Assembly: GCF_037042905.1 (NCBI RefSeq)
Contig: NC_087250.1
Coordinates: forward strand, 27,034,001-27,098,000
Direction: 5' to 3'
Source of the DNA: Lytechinus pictus
Lineage: Eukaryota
Length of the DNA: 64,000 nucleotides
Shown here piece by piece: positions 1 through 13,058 of the stretch. Within the stretch, counting starts at the first letter, position 1; every line of letters starts with the position of its first letter. The notes under the pieces are model-generated. The model saw nothing but the letters and a program-made list of their open reading frames with translations, had not been told where the DNA came from and searched no databases. Position numbers and translations under genes: made by a program.

Positions 1-183
1 TCAGGGAATACTTGGCAAGGGTATCGTTTTGCTTCCACTACTTGTTAAAGGGAGGGTTTCACATGCCAATACTTGTTAAGGGGTGCATTTTCAGAATATG
101 AAAAATACTCAGCTTGTTTAGGGTGCTTTTCGGGACCCCATGGTCGCGCATGGTATCCACTCGTCAATGGAAGTGGCCCCCGG
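1..183 (-). mobile_element. Partial MITE, same family as 2480-3035, inverted; runs off window start
   Basis: 1-183 is the near reverse complement of ~2481-2660 and ends in the terminal repeat GGTATCCACTCGTCAATGGAAGTGGCCCCCGG. Confidence 0.85.
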
Positions 184-526
184 CAGTTCCAAAGAGGCGA
201 CATGAAAGAGAAATGTTAAAGAATTTATGGATGTTTAATGTCCAGTGTTCAAGTAAATATGCACAGATTATTTTCGAGATTCGAGTTGTCATTATTTGTT
301 AATTTTTCACAATATTAATAAAAAAAAATTCTCGAAATTAATTGAGATTGTAAATTCAAATGAATATACAGTTGATATTGATGTAATATAATTGGATGAT
401 TAGATGTAATTAAACTGTTGAAGAAGACGAAAATGTTTTATCATATATCTTATAATAGGTAATCATTCATTCGGATCTGTATATAGAACTGTATAAATGT
501 GACGTATTTTTTGTATTTTAGACACC

Positions 527-1043
527 ATGGATCTTACTGGAGTGCGCAGGAAACCGAACGGTGATGACCCTTCAACGAACACCGCCCTCTCTCGACATGA
601 ATTCTACGACATTTATCTCTGGGCATCGTCTAAAGATACAGACTATTTTCGTAAAATGAAAGATTGTATTCATTCCAATAGATGGAAAATGACATCTTGT
701 TTTGATCATAAGTTGGGTGAACTAGTGACGCAAAGCATCGAAAATGCTCTCTTGAAATGCTCCCACATGGTATGTTTGATCACGAAAGATGACTGTAAAA
801 CAGACAACCTTCAACAGCTTATGACAATAGAGATGGCGATTCAGTCGCTTCCAAGAACGACAGGAAAAGGATTAGAAGGCCGGGTTATTCCTATCCGTTG
901 TGACGTTCCAGAATCTTCTCTTACTCCTAAACTGAAGGCTTTGACAGGAGCGAGTATTGATGATCGCGACCTTGAAGAAAGACTAAGGAAAAGTATTAAT
1001 ACGAACATCCGGATGGAGAGAGAAGAAAAGGAGAATGTCACAG
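527..1043 (+). CDS. TIR-domain coding exon (exon 1 of a predicted TIR/coiled-coil/beta-propeller protein)
   Basis: TIR-like motifs in order: YDIYLWASSKD (bA), FDHKLGELVTQSIENALLKCSHMVCLIT (BB loop/aB/bC), EMAIQ (aC), RVIPIRCDVP..LTPKL (bD). Acceptor ttttag at 520-521 lies 5 nt before caccATGG; donor CAG|GTGATT at 1043/1044 (phase 1) lies just before the ORF stop. Confidence 0.75.
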
Positions 1044-2479
1044 GTGATTGACAGATTTATTGTCCCTACCAAAGGTATATTATTTGGCACATTGTGGTTA
1101 TATATGGGTAGTTTTACTCTAAATAGTCTACATCTATGCACTACACTCAACCATCCGTAGCAAAATACACAGCGATGTAAAAGAATTCGACCCCGCCCTC
1201 CTCAAATCATCACCAACATGATGATAATAAATAAATAGGATTTAGGATATAGGAATGATATAGTGCATACTAGAAAAAGGGAAAATGTTATAGCTCAGTG
1301 ATTTGTTCTCCTATATCATGATCATAAATTTACTTCATAAAGTGTACATGAATGGAAAAAATATACTTTTTTTTTTTTCATTTGAGACCCGTCTAAACGT
1401 TCCTAATGCACGCATGACTGAGTTAGAACAATGAAACGTCGTGCTACCAAATTTCCATTCGCACGTAAAGTTATGTTTTTTGAGTGAGTTTTGCTGGTTT
1501 TTACTGCTATCTATTCGGAAAACAAATTTTATACCTTGAGTATGAATTTTTTCCCCCTCTTTCATACAAGACCTTATGCGTTAAAAATATGAATGACGCA
1601 AGCCATAGTCAAGAAAAAATGTTGCATTGAAACATGCTTGATTTCTTACTATTCAATGGATCGTTGAAAAAACAAGCACTTTCTTTTCCCCCAACAAAAA
1701 AGGAAACAATCTTAAAAATAGGTCGGTGAAGGAAACCCCTTTATTCAGTGGCCGCGGAAGCGGGGGAGGGGAGCCCATATCACATGGGCGGCAGAATATG
1801 TTTGAACGGGGAGGGGCGCAGCAGAAAAGGGTACGCGTACATCACCTTTTTTACAATTGAAGGGGAGAAATCATTTTCGTGTTTTCCTTTAAATGAGTAA
1901 CCCCGCCCTATCCAATATTCCACCGCCCCTACCTGGTCTTGTCATATGAAGCATATTTTTACAAGTTTTACAAATAGAATTCAAACATTACTTTCAAGCC
2001 AGCAATAATATTCACTGGTAGCCCGTTTTCTGTCGCTTGTTGGAAATACTCGTTTTCCTATGATCAATAGGGAGAAATCAAGCATCGCATGTCTTCAGGA
2101 CACACACCACTAACTATTTCCCCATAGACTCATGTGTTAAAAATGAGATTTGAAAAAATCGCCAAAAAATAAGTCTTAATAAGGACATCATTTAGATTGT
2201 TCTTCCAATATCCTTCAAACGCCAAAGATAGGAAAATGTGTTTTTCAGCATGTTTTCGCGCTACAGGGGCTCAAACCAAGACTACATGCAAACTTGGTTG
2301 CAGTCACAGTGCTCACAGGGTTTCTTGGGCAACTAATTAAGGTCCCATAAAATCCAGCATTGACAAATCACTGCTCTCCCATTGGACTGAACAGATCCCG
2401 TAGTAATCCCTCTCTATATGCCCATGTGAAAAAAAAAATGTTCAGATAGGCATTGTTTATTTCATTTGAATATTTTTTC

Positions 2480-3035
2480 CCCGGGGGGGCCACTTCCATT
2501 CACGAGTGGATACCATGCGCGACCATGGGGTCTCGAAAAGCACCCTAAACACGTAATTTCCATATTCTGAAAATGCACCCCTTAACAAGTATTGGCGTGT
2601 GAAACCCTACCCTTAACAAGTATTGGAAACAAAACGATAGTCTTGGCAAATATTCCCTGAAATGAACCCCTAAACAAGTACAGGAATGTTTTATTGTTAC
2701 GGGTCCTTCGGTCGTCGGCTTTACCTTATTTGGTTTAGTACGACCCCACCTTCTACACCTCGCGCAAATCGGACTCTAAACACGAAGTGTTGGGGCAAAA
2801 TGGACATCCTTTATAAAACATTTTAATTTTGTTTTATCATTCCCGCAAATCGACCCTAAACACGTAATTTTCCTAGCGAAATAGACACCCTTTTAAAATT
2901 ATTTTTTGTGTTTTTGACACCCTTATCACGTTACGTACGTAACGTGCCCTATCGTGAAAAGGACATCCTTTTTACGTGTTTTTTTGGTCGCGCATGGTAT
3001 CCACTCGTCAATGTAAGTGCCCCCCCCCCCCCGGG
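2480..3035 (+). mobile_element. Non-autonomous DNA transposon (MITE) with 8-bp TSD
   Basis: Terminal inverted repeats CCCGGGGGGGCCACTTCCATT.ACGAGTGGATACCATGCGCGACC; ATTTTTTC duplicated at 2472-2479 and 3036-3043. Confidence 0.85.
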
Positions 3036-3468
3036 ATTTTTTCCCAACCATTACGGGTCTAAAGGGAATTCCCTAAATTGCCTGATCCCATTAGTGGTGT
3101 GTGTCCTTCATGGAACTTTTTTTTCGACAATGCGTCAATCATATTTCATGCACAAGGTCTCATAATTATGAAAGATGAAAATGAATATACAAGTTTTGAA
3201 CTTATTTTCCAAAATACATAGCAGTAAAAGCCAGAAAGAGTCTCTCAAATTCGTAAGTTGCTCATGCAAAATGAAATTTGCTAGCACCACTTTGTTCTAA
3301 CTCAGTCATGCGAGCACTATGAACGTTGAGATGAGCTTCAAATGAAAGATGCGGAGCGTATCTTTTCATGGTTTCCTTTTTTTCTAGGACGCACTGTATA
3401 TTGCACATAATTATCATCTTTGTTAGGCATGTTAGGTGTTCAAGGAACTTCTGTAGTCGGCTAATTAA

Positions 3469-4065
3469 AGGACAAGTCCACCCCAACAAAAAGTTGATTT
3501 AAATAAAAAGAGAAAATTCAAACAAGCAAAATATCGAAAATTTCATCAAAATCGAATGTAAAATAAGAAAGTAATATGACATTTTAAAGTTTCCCTTAAT
3601 TTCACCAAACAGTTATATACACATCCTCGTTGGTATGCAAATGAGGAGACTAATGATGTCATCCACTCAATATTTCTTTTGTATTTTATTGTATGAAATA
3701 TTTTAATTTTCTCCTCCTTGTCCGGTGGAACAGCAATTAATTCCTCCATGAAAATTTGGAATTAGTATTGTTTAATACTATATGGTTCAGTCAAGTTGGT
3801 CCTTATCGTCAAATCTGTAAAAAATGAAATATTGTATAATTTAAACAATAGAATATAAAATAAATAGTGACTGAGGGACACCATCGACCATCTCATTAGC
3901 ATGTCACTGATTTGTGCATATCACTGTTTTGTGAAAGTAAGCAAAAATTTAAAATGTAATAACTTTCTTATTCTACATTTGAATTTGATGATGTTTTCAG
4001 CATTATGCAGGTTTGATTGTTTCTTATTTATTTAAATCAGCTTCTTTCTGGGGTGGACTTGACCT
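3469..4065. mobile_element. Kolobok-like MITE
   Basis: TTAA on both sides (3465-3468, 4066-4069); termini AGGACAAGTCCACCCCA ... TGGGGTGGACTTGACCT. Confidence 0.8.
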
Positions 4066-4393
4066 TTAATGATGTCGATAAACATTACTGAACGTAGTGG
4101 GTGCAAACACCTCAATACAAATAACTAACAAAATGTTTTTTTAGCGTTACGCTTGTCTTAATTTTCTCTATTTATTCAAACTCACATTATTCTGGAGTGG
4201 ACTTGACCTTTAAGCTAGACTACCGATTTAGGTGCTCGCAGCTTTTTGAAAAATTACCTTCTGCTGGTACCCAATTACCTAACCTGGGTTGGGTGCAGCG
4301 CAGTATGGGTAAAATCATCATTATTATTAACAAACATAGGCTTTTACCAAACATCCATAATTGATGTATTTTAAACTATTATTTACGATATAG

Positions 4394-5972
4394 GTTGCTA
4401 TGTGTCTCAACCTGAAAGAGATGTAACAAGAGAGCGACGCTATGTCAAAATGTCTTCTGGTCGCCCGAGCACCACCAAAGACGACGAACAGAAACAACGT
4501 GAGCTAGATGGGACGAGGAAGAAGCTGAATGAGAAACGGGCCATGTTAGAGGAAACAAAGCAAAGACACAAGGTAGTTGAATCGAAAATTAGAGCCGTTT
4601 CAAATTCATCAAGTAAGCATTTTCAAACGATCCATGATGATATCCAGGAGACATTGGACAAAACATTACTAAAGTTAAAAGTTAAAGAAAGAGAAAATAT
4701 AGAATGCATTAATGAGATAAACAAGGACGCAGATAAGCAAATAACAGACATAAATAAAAAGCGACAAAAAAGGATAGAAGCTAAAAAGGTCGAGCTAGAA
4801 CGGGAACGAAAAATAATCAAAGACAATGAAGCCAAACTATCATCATGTATATCAGACAAAGATGAAATCAGCAAAAAAGTTTCCGAGAAGATAAGCGATG
4901 TTAATAATAAGATTCAGGATGCAATAAAGAATATTGAATTCACCATCACACGTATAAACCAACATGATAAAACATTGGTGAATGAAGCTCCTCAAGTACT
5001 TGCATCTATTGATGAAAATTTAAGTTTGAATGTTCATCAAGATGTTAGCGACTGCCTTGACCGAATAAAGAGTGAAGTTGAGAGAGTGAAGTTTGTAGAG
5101 AGGGAAGTAGGTGGAGAATACTATGGTAGAATTGATGGGTATATCGGTAAATGGGAACTTGTCAAATCAATCCACATTCCATCGGTTGTTAATTACCCGT
5201 ATGTGCGTGGTTTAGTCAGTGATGATGAGATATGTGTGCGAGACGAAGATAACAATGACATGTATGTTACAAACATCAACACTCAACACACAGAGAAAGT
5301 CATTGATGGAGATGTGTGTTTATTACATCATGTGCGCCCATAGACAGTAACGTAATAGTATGTGGTAAGGAGAGAGATGATTGCACGGGTGACAGGTTGG
5401 ATGGATGCATCACTCTCTATGACAGGCAATGGAAGGTGATTAGAGACATCAGCATACCAATGAATGGAGGCAGTTATTGTGTGTATGTTGATGTTGACAG
5501 GGATGGGATGATCATCGCTGGTCAGTTCAATCAGTCTAATATCTACGTCATCAATCCTGCTGATGATAAGATAGTAAACACTATTACGATACAGGGTAAG
5601 GAGGTGAGGGGTGATATACAAGCCTTGTCATCAGGTGATATCGTTGTGAAGACAGGTGGTAATGAATTCACTGTCATCTCACGATCAGGAGAAGAGAAGG
5701 CTGTCATACACTGTGATGAGTGGTACGACCCACAGTGTCGCGTTGACAAACTGACAGACACACTCTACATCGCGTACTGGGATAGAGCACGTAAGACCTA
5801 CGCAGTTGATCAGGTGTCACGTGATGGTATCATCCAGGCAAGGAGGATCGTGGAATACGAGGAATCAGGTCGCGCTAACTTCATAAGCCCTTGTCTTGTT
5901 TCTCCTTCTGGTAACTTCGTAGGGTGTGATGGAGACAAACTTCTTCTCTACAAGAAGACATTAATCTTGTAA
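4394..5972 (+). CDS. Coiled-coil + NHL-like beta-propeller exon, copy 1 (no B-box; 2-bp frameshift at ~5313-5320, possibly a pseudogene or assembly error)
   Basis: ORFs 4402-5343 and 5316-5972 together align colinearly with ORF 41896-43557. One extra TG in GATGTGTGTTTATT relative to paralog GGTGTGCGTGTT shifts the frame. Confidence 0.85.
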
Positions 5973-8447
5973 ATCATCTAGACTATCAAAGGAATCATAT
6001 CGGATTTGTAAGAGAAATATAGACCAGAGATTTGTTTTCACTTTTACTTCCATTTCAATTTACGTCCTTCTATCTCTATATGTACTACATTCATATACAC
6101 ATGGCCATGGTGTGTATAATGTTGTATCAATCCATATCAAATAGAAAACTGTCGCTAATGTCCACTCCGTCTACATTAAGGTCTGTAATGAATGCACTCA
6201 GATCCAAATGAATAGTTTACTCGAAACCTGAACAAAATAAATGCAAAATGTGTTCACGAATTGCCTACTTGAACCAGATTGTTATTGTAGAAAGTCTTTT
6301 AGATTGGCTGAATTCAGTTTTGAACGTGTTAATAACTAATTTCTGTGAAGTGAACCCGATCATTTATTTTACCAAACGACATTTCGTTCAATTTCATTCG
6401 ATGTTATTCTCCTAATAGTGATCGGGTTATTCCTCGATTAAAATTGCTCATAGCTTTTAAGGTATTTGATTCGAATCAATTAATCAGGACCCTATTTCAT
6501 AAAAGTGTTGGCTATGAGAACAACTCTTGCTAAAATGTCAATTACCATGACAACAATAACGATTCTGCTTCCTGATTGGCTCATCCAATGAAATTTGATA
6601 TTCAAACTGGAGTTGTTATCATAGCCAGGTTTTATGAAATGGTACCCTGGTTGATTTCATTTTTTTTTATTCTGTGGTAAAAAAAAAAAAAAGCGGGAAG
6701 GGGTCAAAATGGTATGAAATTAATTGAAGTTTCGTAATGTACACAATCCCCCCCTCATGACGTTAGATTAAAATAAGATAAAATCTCGTAAATAATGGTG
6801 TTTAATAGGGTTCTTGTTTAGTCTACATTCATATGACAATATAAAGGGAAAGGGATAATGTTTCCCGTATAATTCTTTTTTTCGCCAATTAAATATTCTC
6901 TAGTCATGTATAACAAAATAGGTGAGATTTTTCTCAAAAATATTTAGCACACGGTATATTCATCATATTCCTGAAAGTATTGCATCATATTACTTATTTC
7001 AATCAGTTCATTTCTCTTCGCTTGTACAACTTTTACTTTATCCTCATATCGCTTAATATTTTCAACATAGATTACTGATTAATTGTTTCCCTACACGAAT
7101 AATATCATCTTACACATTGGCTACCTGACTAGGAAATCTTAAGTAACAATGATATGGAAGTGAAATATTTTTTTAAATAGTTATTTGTGTCGACGTTCTG
7201 TAATGATGTGTTCGCACTTACTACGTTCAGTTATGTTTATCAACATCATGAAATTATGTCAAATTAATTTCATTATAAAGATCATATGTCAAAAAAAAAA
7301 AACACATGATAGGCTAGCGTACCATGCTGTAAATAAATAAAACAGGAATCTATTTTTGTTTAACAGACAGAATAAGATAATTTGTCAAATATCTGCCCAT
7401 AATGTAGCTTTTGTTCGTGGTTTCATGTTAATATAATATTTAACTCGATTCAATCCATTTGTTTATTTCGTTTCTATTTTAAATTGTGTTTAGTGTGTAA
7501 ACTGGAAGTCTATTCCAGAGGCATTAGCTAAAGTGAATATTCTTAAGATGAAAATGGTTGTATTCTTCTGATCATAATTGATTCAAATTGTGTGGTTATT
7601 CTTATACATCTACCCCCCCCCCCATCTCTCTTTTAACCCCTAAATTACCCCCTTGTACTGTGTAATACGACACGAATATCCATGTTGCTGCAATAAGTTG
7701 TATATAAATCGTTATTGTCTAGGGTGTGTTGTTTTAAGGTAGGAGTATATCATTTTTCAAAAGAAAAAAATCCAACCGAATTTATTCTTACAATAATCAA
7801 CTTTGTACAGGTTAAGTTTAGCTAGGGTTTATGCTTTATTTCAACTATCAATTCAATTGCCCGTTATTGTCTATATAGTATAGGTTATTGAAAGTTCGTT
7901 CCTAAAAATGGAACGGGATATAGTGCTATATGTCTACATTTTCTTCCGGTGATATGTCAGATCTAACGATTTTTCTTGTTTTTGATTGGCTGAGAAGCGC
8001 TGTTACTATGGGTAATGTCAAATGAAACGCTTGACAATCCAAACTTTTTATTTATTTGCTCAACATTTGTTGTTTGATCTTATACAGCTAATTACAATTT
8101 TCTTCATACAACTAGGAAAACTAATGTACATAATGAACATTTATATTATGATATAACATGTATAATGTGATGATGTTAGTATCTATTATTTCAAGTGTAT
8201 ATTGCAAGATGAGTAGAAACTATACTTTTTGTTTTTAAAATAATATATTTTCATTATAATTTGTTGTGAATTACTAACACTATTGAATAGAAAAAAAAAC
8301 CGTTTGTTGATGTATATTACTTAAATCGAGACGAAATTATTCTTACCTACTTGAGAGCTGAAAATAGTCAAGTGAAAATAGTTCGGAAATATCTTTCTGT
8401 ATTAATGTATTTAGTAAATTTCGAGAAATGTTTGCCAATGCAATATA

Positions 8448-9267
8448 CAGTGCGTCCCACAAAAAACGAAACCGAAATTTATCGATGATTTATCATAACT
8501 TAATCACAAATAAAATAGACAAATGACCTATCATTGTAAAGCTTAGAATCTTCTCTTTTATCTGCAATTACTTACATTATTTTTTATTCATGCATGAGTG
8601 AGTAAAAACAATTTGAAGAGGGGATACTAAAAAGTCATTTGGCGGGCTGTATCTGGATCTCAAAAAAGAAAACCGCATTTTGAAAAAGTTCAATATCTGC
8701 TCTTTAATTTGATACCTCAATTACAGAAAATGGTCAAGAAATAACAAAGTTCTGGTTATTTGAAATAAGGTTTGAATTTCAATAATTTCATAAAATGAAG
8801 AGGTTTTACAGGCTAGCGTTCAAAATCACTCGACACTCCGTTTTGTTGACTATCAGCCATGCATTAATTCTTTTGTTAACTATGCGATAGCTTCTGTGGG
8901 AAACCGGTGAAAACACGTTTATTTAATGAAATTATGGAAATACAAGCATTGGTTCGAGGGAACATAACTTTTTTACTTCTTGACCATTTTTTGTGATTAA
9001 GGTATCAAATAAAAGAGCAGATATTGAACTTTTTAGGCATGTGATTCTCGTTTTAAAATTCAGATACCCCCCGCCAAATGAGTTTTTGGTATCCTTTCTT
9101 CATATTGTTTTTGCTCACTCATGTGTAAATAAAACATAATCTCAGTAATATCAGATGAAAGAGGAGATCCTAGATTTACATTGATAGGTCATTTGTCTAT
9201 TGTATTTATGATTAAGTTATGATAAATCATCGCTAAATGTCGGTTTCGTTTTTTGTGGGACGCACTG
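8448..9267. mobile_element. Tc1/mariner-type MITE with long TIRs
   Basis: TA|CAGTGCGTCCCACAAAAAACGAAACCGA ... TCGGTTTCGTTTTTTGTGGGACGCACTG|TA; inverted similarity extends several hundred bp. Confidence 0.9.
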
Positions 9268-10261
9268 TATAGTGATATACAAATTGCTGATCTAATTATC
9301 AACCGATCGGAAGAATATCTAAGATTTTAAATTGATCAAAAATACATGGTGTATTTTGAAGTTATTATCATAGTTATGAAGAGGGTGTTCTTAATACACA
9401 AATAATCACGTACTATATAATCAAGAAATTTTGTCAGCATAAATGAAAATAAATGTCAAACAAAATACCGACTTTGCTCAATATATGATGTTTAATATAT
9501 ACAGCTGATTATAATTCGCTTCATAAAACTTGGAAAACTATTGTACATAACATGCATAATGAACATTATTATGATATAATGTATATCATGATATCTATTA
9601 TTTTCAAGTGTATATTGAAGGATGAGTAGAAAGTATACGTTTGCTTTTGATATAATATATTTTCATTATACTTTGTTGTGAATTACTAACATTGTTGAAT
9701 AGGAAAAAAAGCCAATGCTTGTTGTATAGACTTAAATCAAGACGAAATTAATCTTAAATACTTGAGAGCTGAAAATAGTCATGTGAAAATAGTTAGGAAA
9801 TATCTTTCTTTACTGTGGGTTAATGTATTTAGTACATTTCGAGAAAGGTTTGCCAATGCAATATATACATGACATAGTTGTATACAAATTACTGATCAAA
9901 ACACCAATTATCAACCGATCTAACTATATCTTCACTATGGGTTATCTACTACATTTCGAGAAAAGCTTACCAATCCCCAATCAGTTGTATGCACATTATT
10001 TATCTAAAAACCAAGTATCAACCGATCTGAATAAATGCTTAATATTTTTAAACTGATCGAAATCTTTGCAGTTTTTTTTAGGTCATTATCATGGTGATGG
10101 GGAGGGTGATTTTAATGCACAAACAATCATGTAAAGTTATAATCAAATAATTTTGTCAGCATAAACGAAATTAAATGTAAAAAAACCGACTCTATATGCA
10201 GTTCATATTTGTGATTTACAAATGATTTTATTGGGCATGTAGGACTGATGGTAACAGACGA

Positions 10262-10670
10262 AGGGGGGGGGGGGGGGGATGAGAAGATAAAGGGAAAAGA
10301 GAGGGGTGGGAAAGTGGAGGGGAGTGAGAGATTAAAAAAATGGAGAGACGAGGGAAGTAAAGATGGAAAAAATATAGAGAAAAATATATATATGAAAATA
10401 AAAGGATAAAGAGACGGAAAGGAAAGGGAAAGAAAAGATGAGAGGGAGGGGAAGGGGGGGGGGGGAGAGAAAGATAGAAGAAGGGGAGAGAAAAGAATGG
10501 AGAGACAGTGAGAATAAAGACTGAGAAAGAGCGAGAGAGAGAGAAGTGGAGGAGTGAGAAGGAGAAATGGAGAGACAAGGTGAATACAGATGGAATGAGA
10601 AAGAGAGAAGGAGAAGAAGAACTACCGAGAGGCAAGGAATGATAGAGAGAGATGGGGGGAAGGGGACGGG
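10262..10670. repeat. Purine-rich (GA) low-complexity tract
   Basis: Almost exclusively G/A; duplicated at ~47468-47885. Confidence 0.9.
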
Positions 10671-11023
10671 GTGAATTTGTATTTGAGTTTGTATTTGTAT
10701 TTTCCTTTCTTATATAGGAAACAAAGAAACATTACATTACACAGTGAAATACATCACAAACCATGTCAATCATAAAAATTCATAACAAAATTGAAGAAAG
10801 GATGAATTTGAATTCCGTATAGATAGATCTGGCTTCGTTGAAATTAAGTAAAAGGAAACATAACTGAGGGGCTTGCCAAGAACGAATGAATTTAAGAGAT
10901 TTAAAAAAATCATAGAAAAGAGTTAGAGAGAGAGAAAGAGGGGGGGGGGGGGGACAATCAGAACGCTACTTTTTTGCTTCACTGGGAAATTTTGTACGAT
11001 TAAATAATATTAAATTATATTAA

Positions 11024-11641
11024 AGGGATGGTCCAGGCTGAAAATGTTCATAATAACTAAATAGAGTAAAATCCACAAAGCCAAATGCTGAAAATTTCAT
11101 TAAAATCGGATAACAAATATGGAAGTTATTGAATTTTAATTTGTCTAATTTTAAATATTTTGTGAAAACAGTTATTTGCATATGGTCATGATTATTCATT
11201 AGGTGGGCTGATGACGTCACATCCCCACTTTTCTTGTTCTTATGTTATTACATGAAATCATACACGTTTCATTTCTTCATACATGTGCAAATGATGTGTC
11301 TCTATTACGATAAAATAGGTTGCAGCAATAAATAACTAATGCACTTGATCAGTTGCCATCCAATTGTTTTAGCTCTTGGTAAAAAAAGTTTAATAAATCG
11401 AATTTCATATAATACAATACAACAGAACTGGCGGGGATATGACTTCATCAGCCTACCTCATGAATATTCATAAAGACATGCCTAGAACAGTAGAACTGTT
11501 TCACCGGAATGATAATGCAAATCTTAAAAATTCAAATAACTTCGTTATTTTTTCCCGATTTTGATCAAATTGTTAGCATATTGCTTTTTGAATTTTATTC
11601 TTTTTATTGAGATTTAAATATATCCAGCCTGGACCATCCCT
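11024..11641. mobile_element. Kolobok-like MITE
   Basis: TTAA|AGGGATGGTCCAGGCTG ... CAGCCTGGACCATCCCT|TTAA. Confidence 0.85.
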
Positions 11642-12894
11642 TTAAATGTGACCATTGTGCTACTTCTAAAAATTCAAAGAACTACGCCACTGTCATATTG
11701 AAATTATGTTCAACGCTTCACCAAAACAATATATCAAAATATAATAACACAACACAAGAAATACATTTAATTATAAAATTATAAAGAATAAAGAAGATTA
11801 TGGCAATGTCAATTAATGAAAGTGAAATGTGAAGGAACCTGCATAAAAAGCAGAGCTTTATAATGTCTGCTGGTTCCCTAATATGGTTTAGATGCTTTAA
11901 TATGGTAATTGTTTAACTAGGGGCTGGGGGGGGGGGGTCAAGTATATCTAACACAAAATAATGTATGCACTGACAGAGCAACGCACGTTGCTTATTGAAT
12001 CACCCATTGAAAGTGAATTTCTTCTTCTTTAGAAACAACCCAGTAATGGCTTCCATAAAGTGACAGTGATCTGAAGTCGGGTATCATCGATCGGGAATCC
12101 ACCTTCATGTCTATCCATTTTACGTCAAAAGATGGCGCTCTTTCATGTCTACATTACACACACATTGAAACACTTGATGAAGATGTGATTTCTGGCATTA
12201 ATAAAATCAGTTGAAATCAGAAGTCCTAGCAGTCTACAATGAAGCTGAAATGAAACGATTGATTTCCGTAATGTCAATACGCTAAAGACGCACTCCCTCA
12301 CTCCTCACTTTTTTCCTTGCACAGAGCAAATATGCAACTAAATAGCTCATGAAATAAATTCGATGAGATTGAGGAATACCCCCCCCCCCCATTGCCCAAT
12401 TGGCAAGCATACACTGTTACTTTACAAACATGCATGTCAGGTCAAAATTTTTATGCAAAAGGAAGATCAAATGAAATATTTTCAAACTGAGAATGTCGTC
12501 TTCCATTAAAATCGTTGGAGGAATCATGTCGGGTTTTTTTTTGGTGAGGCACCGATCCCTTAGATATGCCAAATAAGCTGGAGGTTTCGTGTTGAGATAG
12601 AAAGGCCAACGCAAAAAGCAGGGTAAAAACATGGTGTTGTGATCATGTATCAAGATGCTCAAAGCTACCCGTCACAGGCTGAAAATAATATAGAGTGATA
12701 CTCACTTACCAAAATGCTGAAAATTTTCATTAAAATATGATTACAAAATACTGCTGTTAGTGTATTTTAATGGGCTGGTGATATCACGTCCAGTGCCATA
12801 GAAAGGACTTTTCAAATAGCAGGTGCTGGGGGATTCGTTAAAAAAAATTGTTAACTAGATGATGCCCGAAGGGATTTCAGTAACTAAAAAGAGA

Positions 12895-12974
12895 AGCAAA
12901 AAAAAATAATAATAATAAAAAAAAAAATAAAAAATAAAAAAAATAATAAATAAATAAATAAATAAATAAACAAA

Positions 12975-13005
<31 letters not shown>

Positions 13006-13058
13006 AAAAAAAAAAAATAAAAAAAAATAAAAAAAAAAAAATAAATAAATAAATAAAA
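12895..13058. repeat. (AAAT)n / poly-A microsatellite
   Basis: Directly visible; shorter version at ~50120-50190. Confidence 0.9.

Larger units (their letters stand above)
1044..4393 (+). other. Predicted GT-AG phase-1 intron joining the TIR exon to the propeller exon
   Basis: 517 coding nt (172 codons + 1) before GT; after AG 4392-4393 the exon reads GT|TGC|TAT|GTG|TCT, in frame with ORF 4402. No transcript evidence, and the polypyrimidine tract is weak. Confidence 0.6.

Noticed and set aside
527..1051. Stand-alone bacterial TIR (Thoeris-like) gene or contamination
   Set aside because: Flanked by splice signals and animal MITEs, with no operon context.
4623..5761. Minus-strand ORFs recurring in all three paralogs (also 42249-43346, 62810-63767)
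   Set aside because: Antisense shadows of the real CDS, conserved only because of DNA identity.
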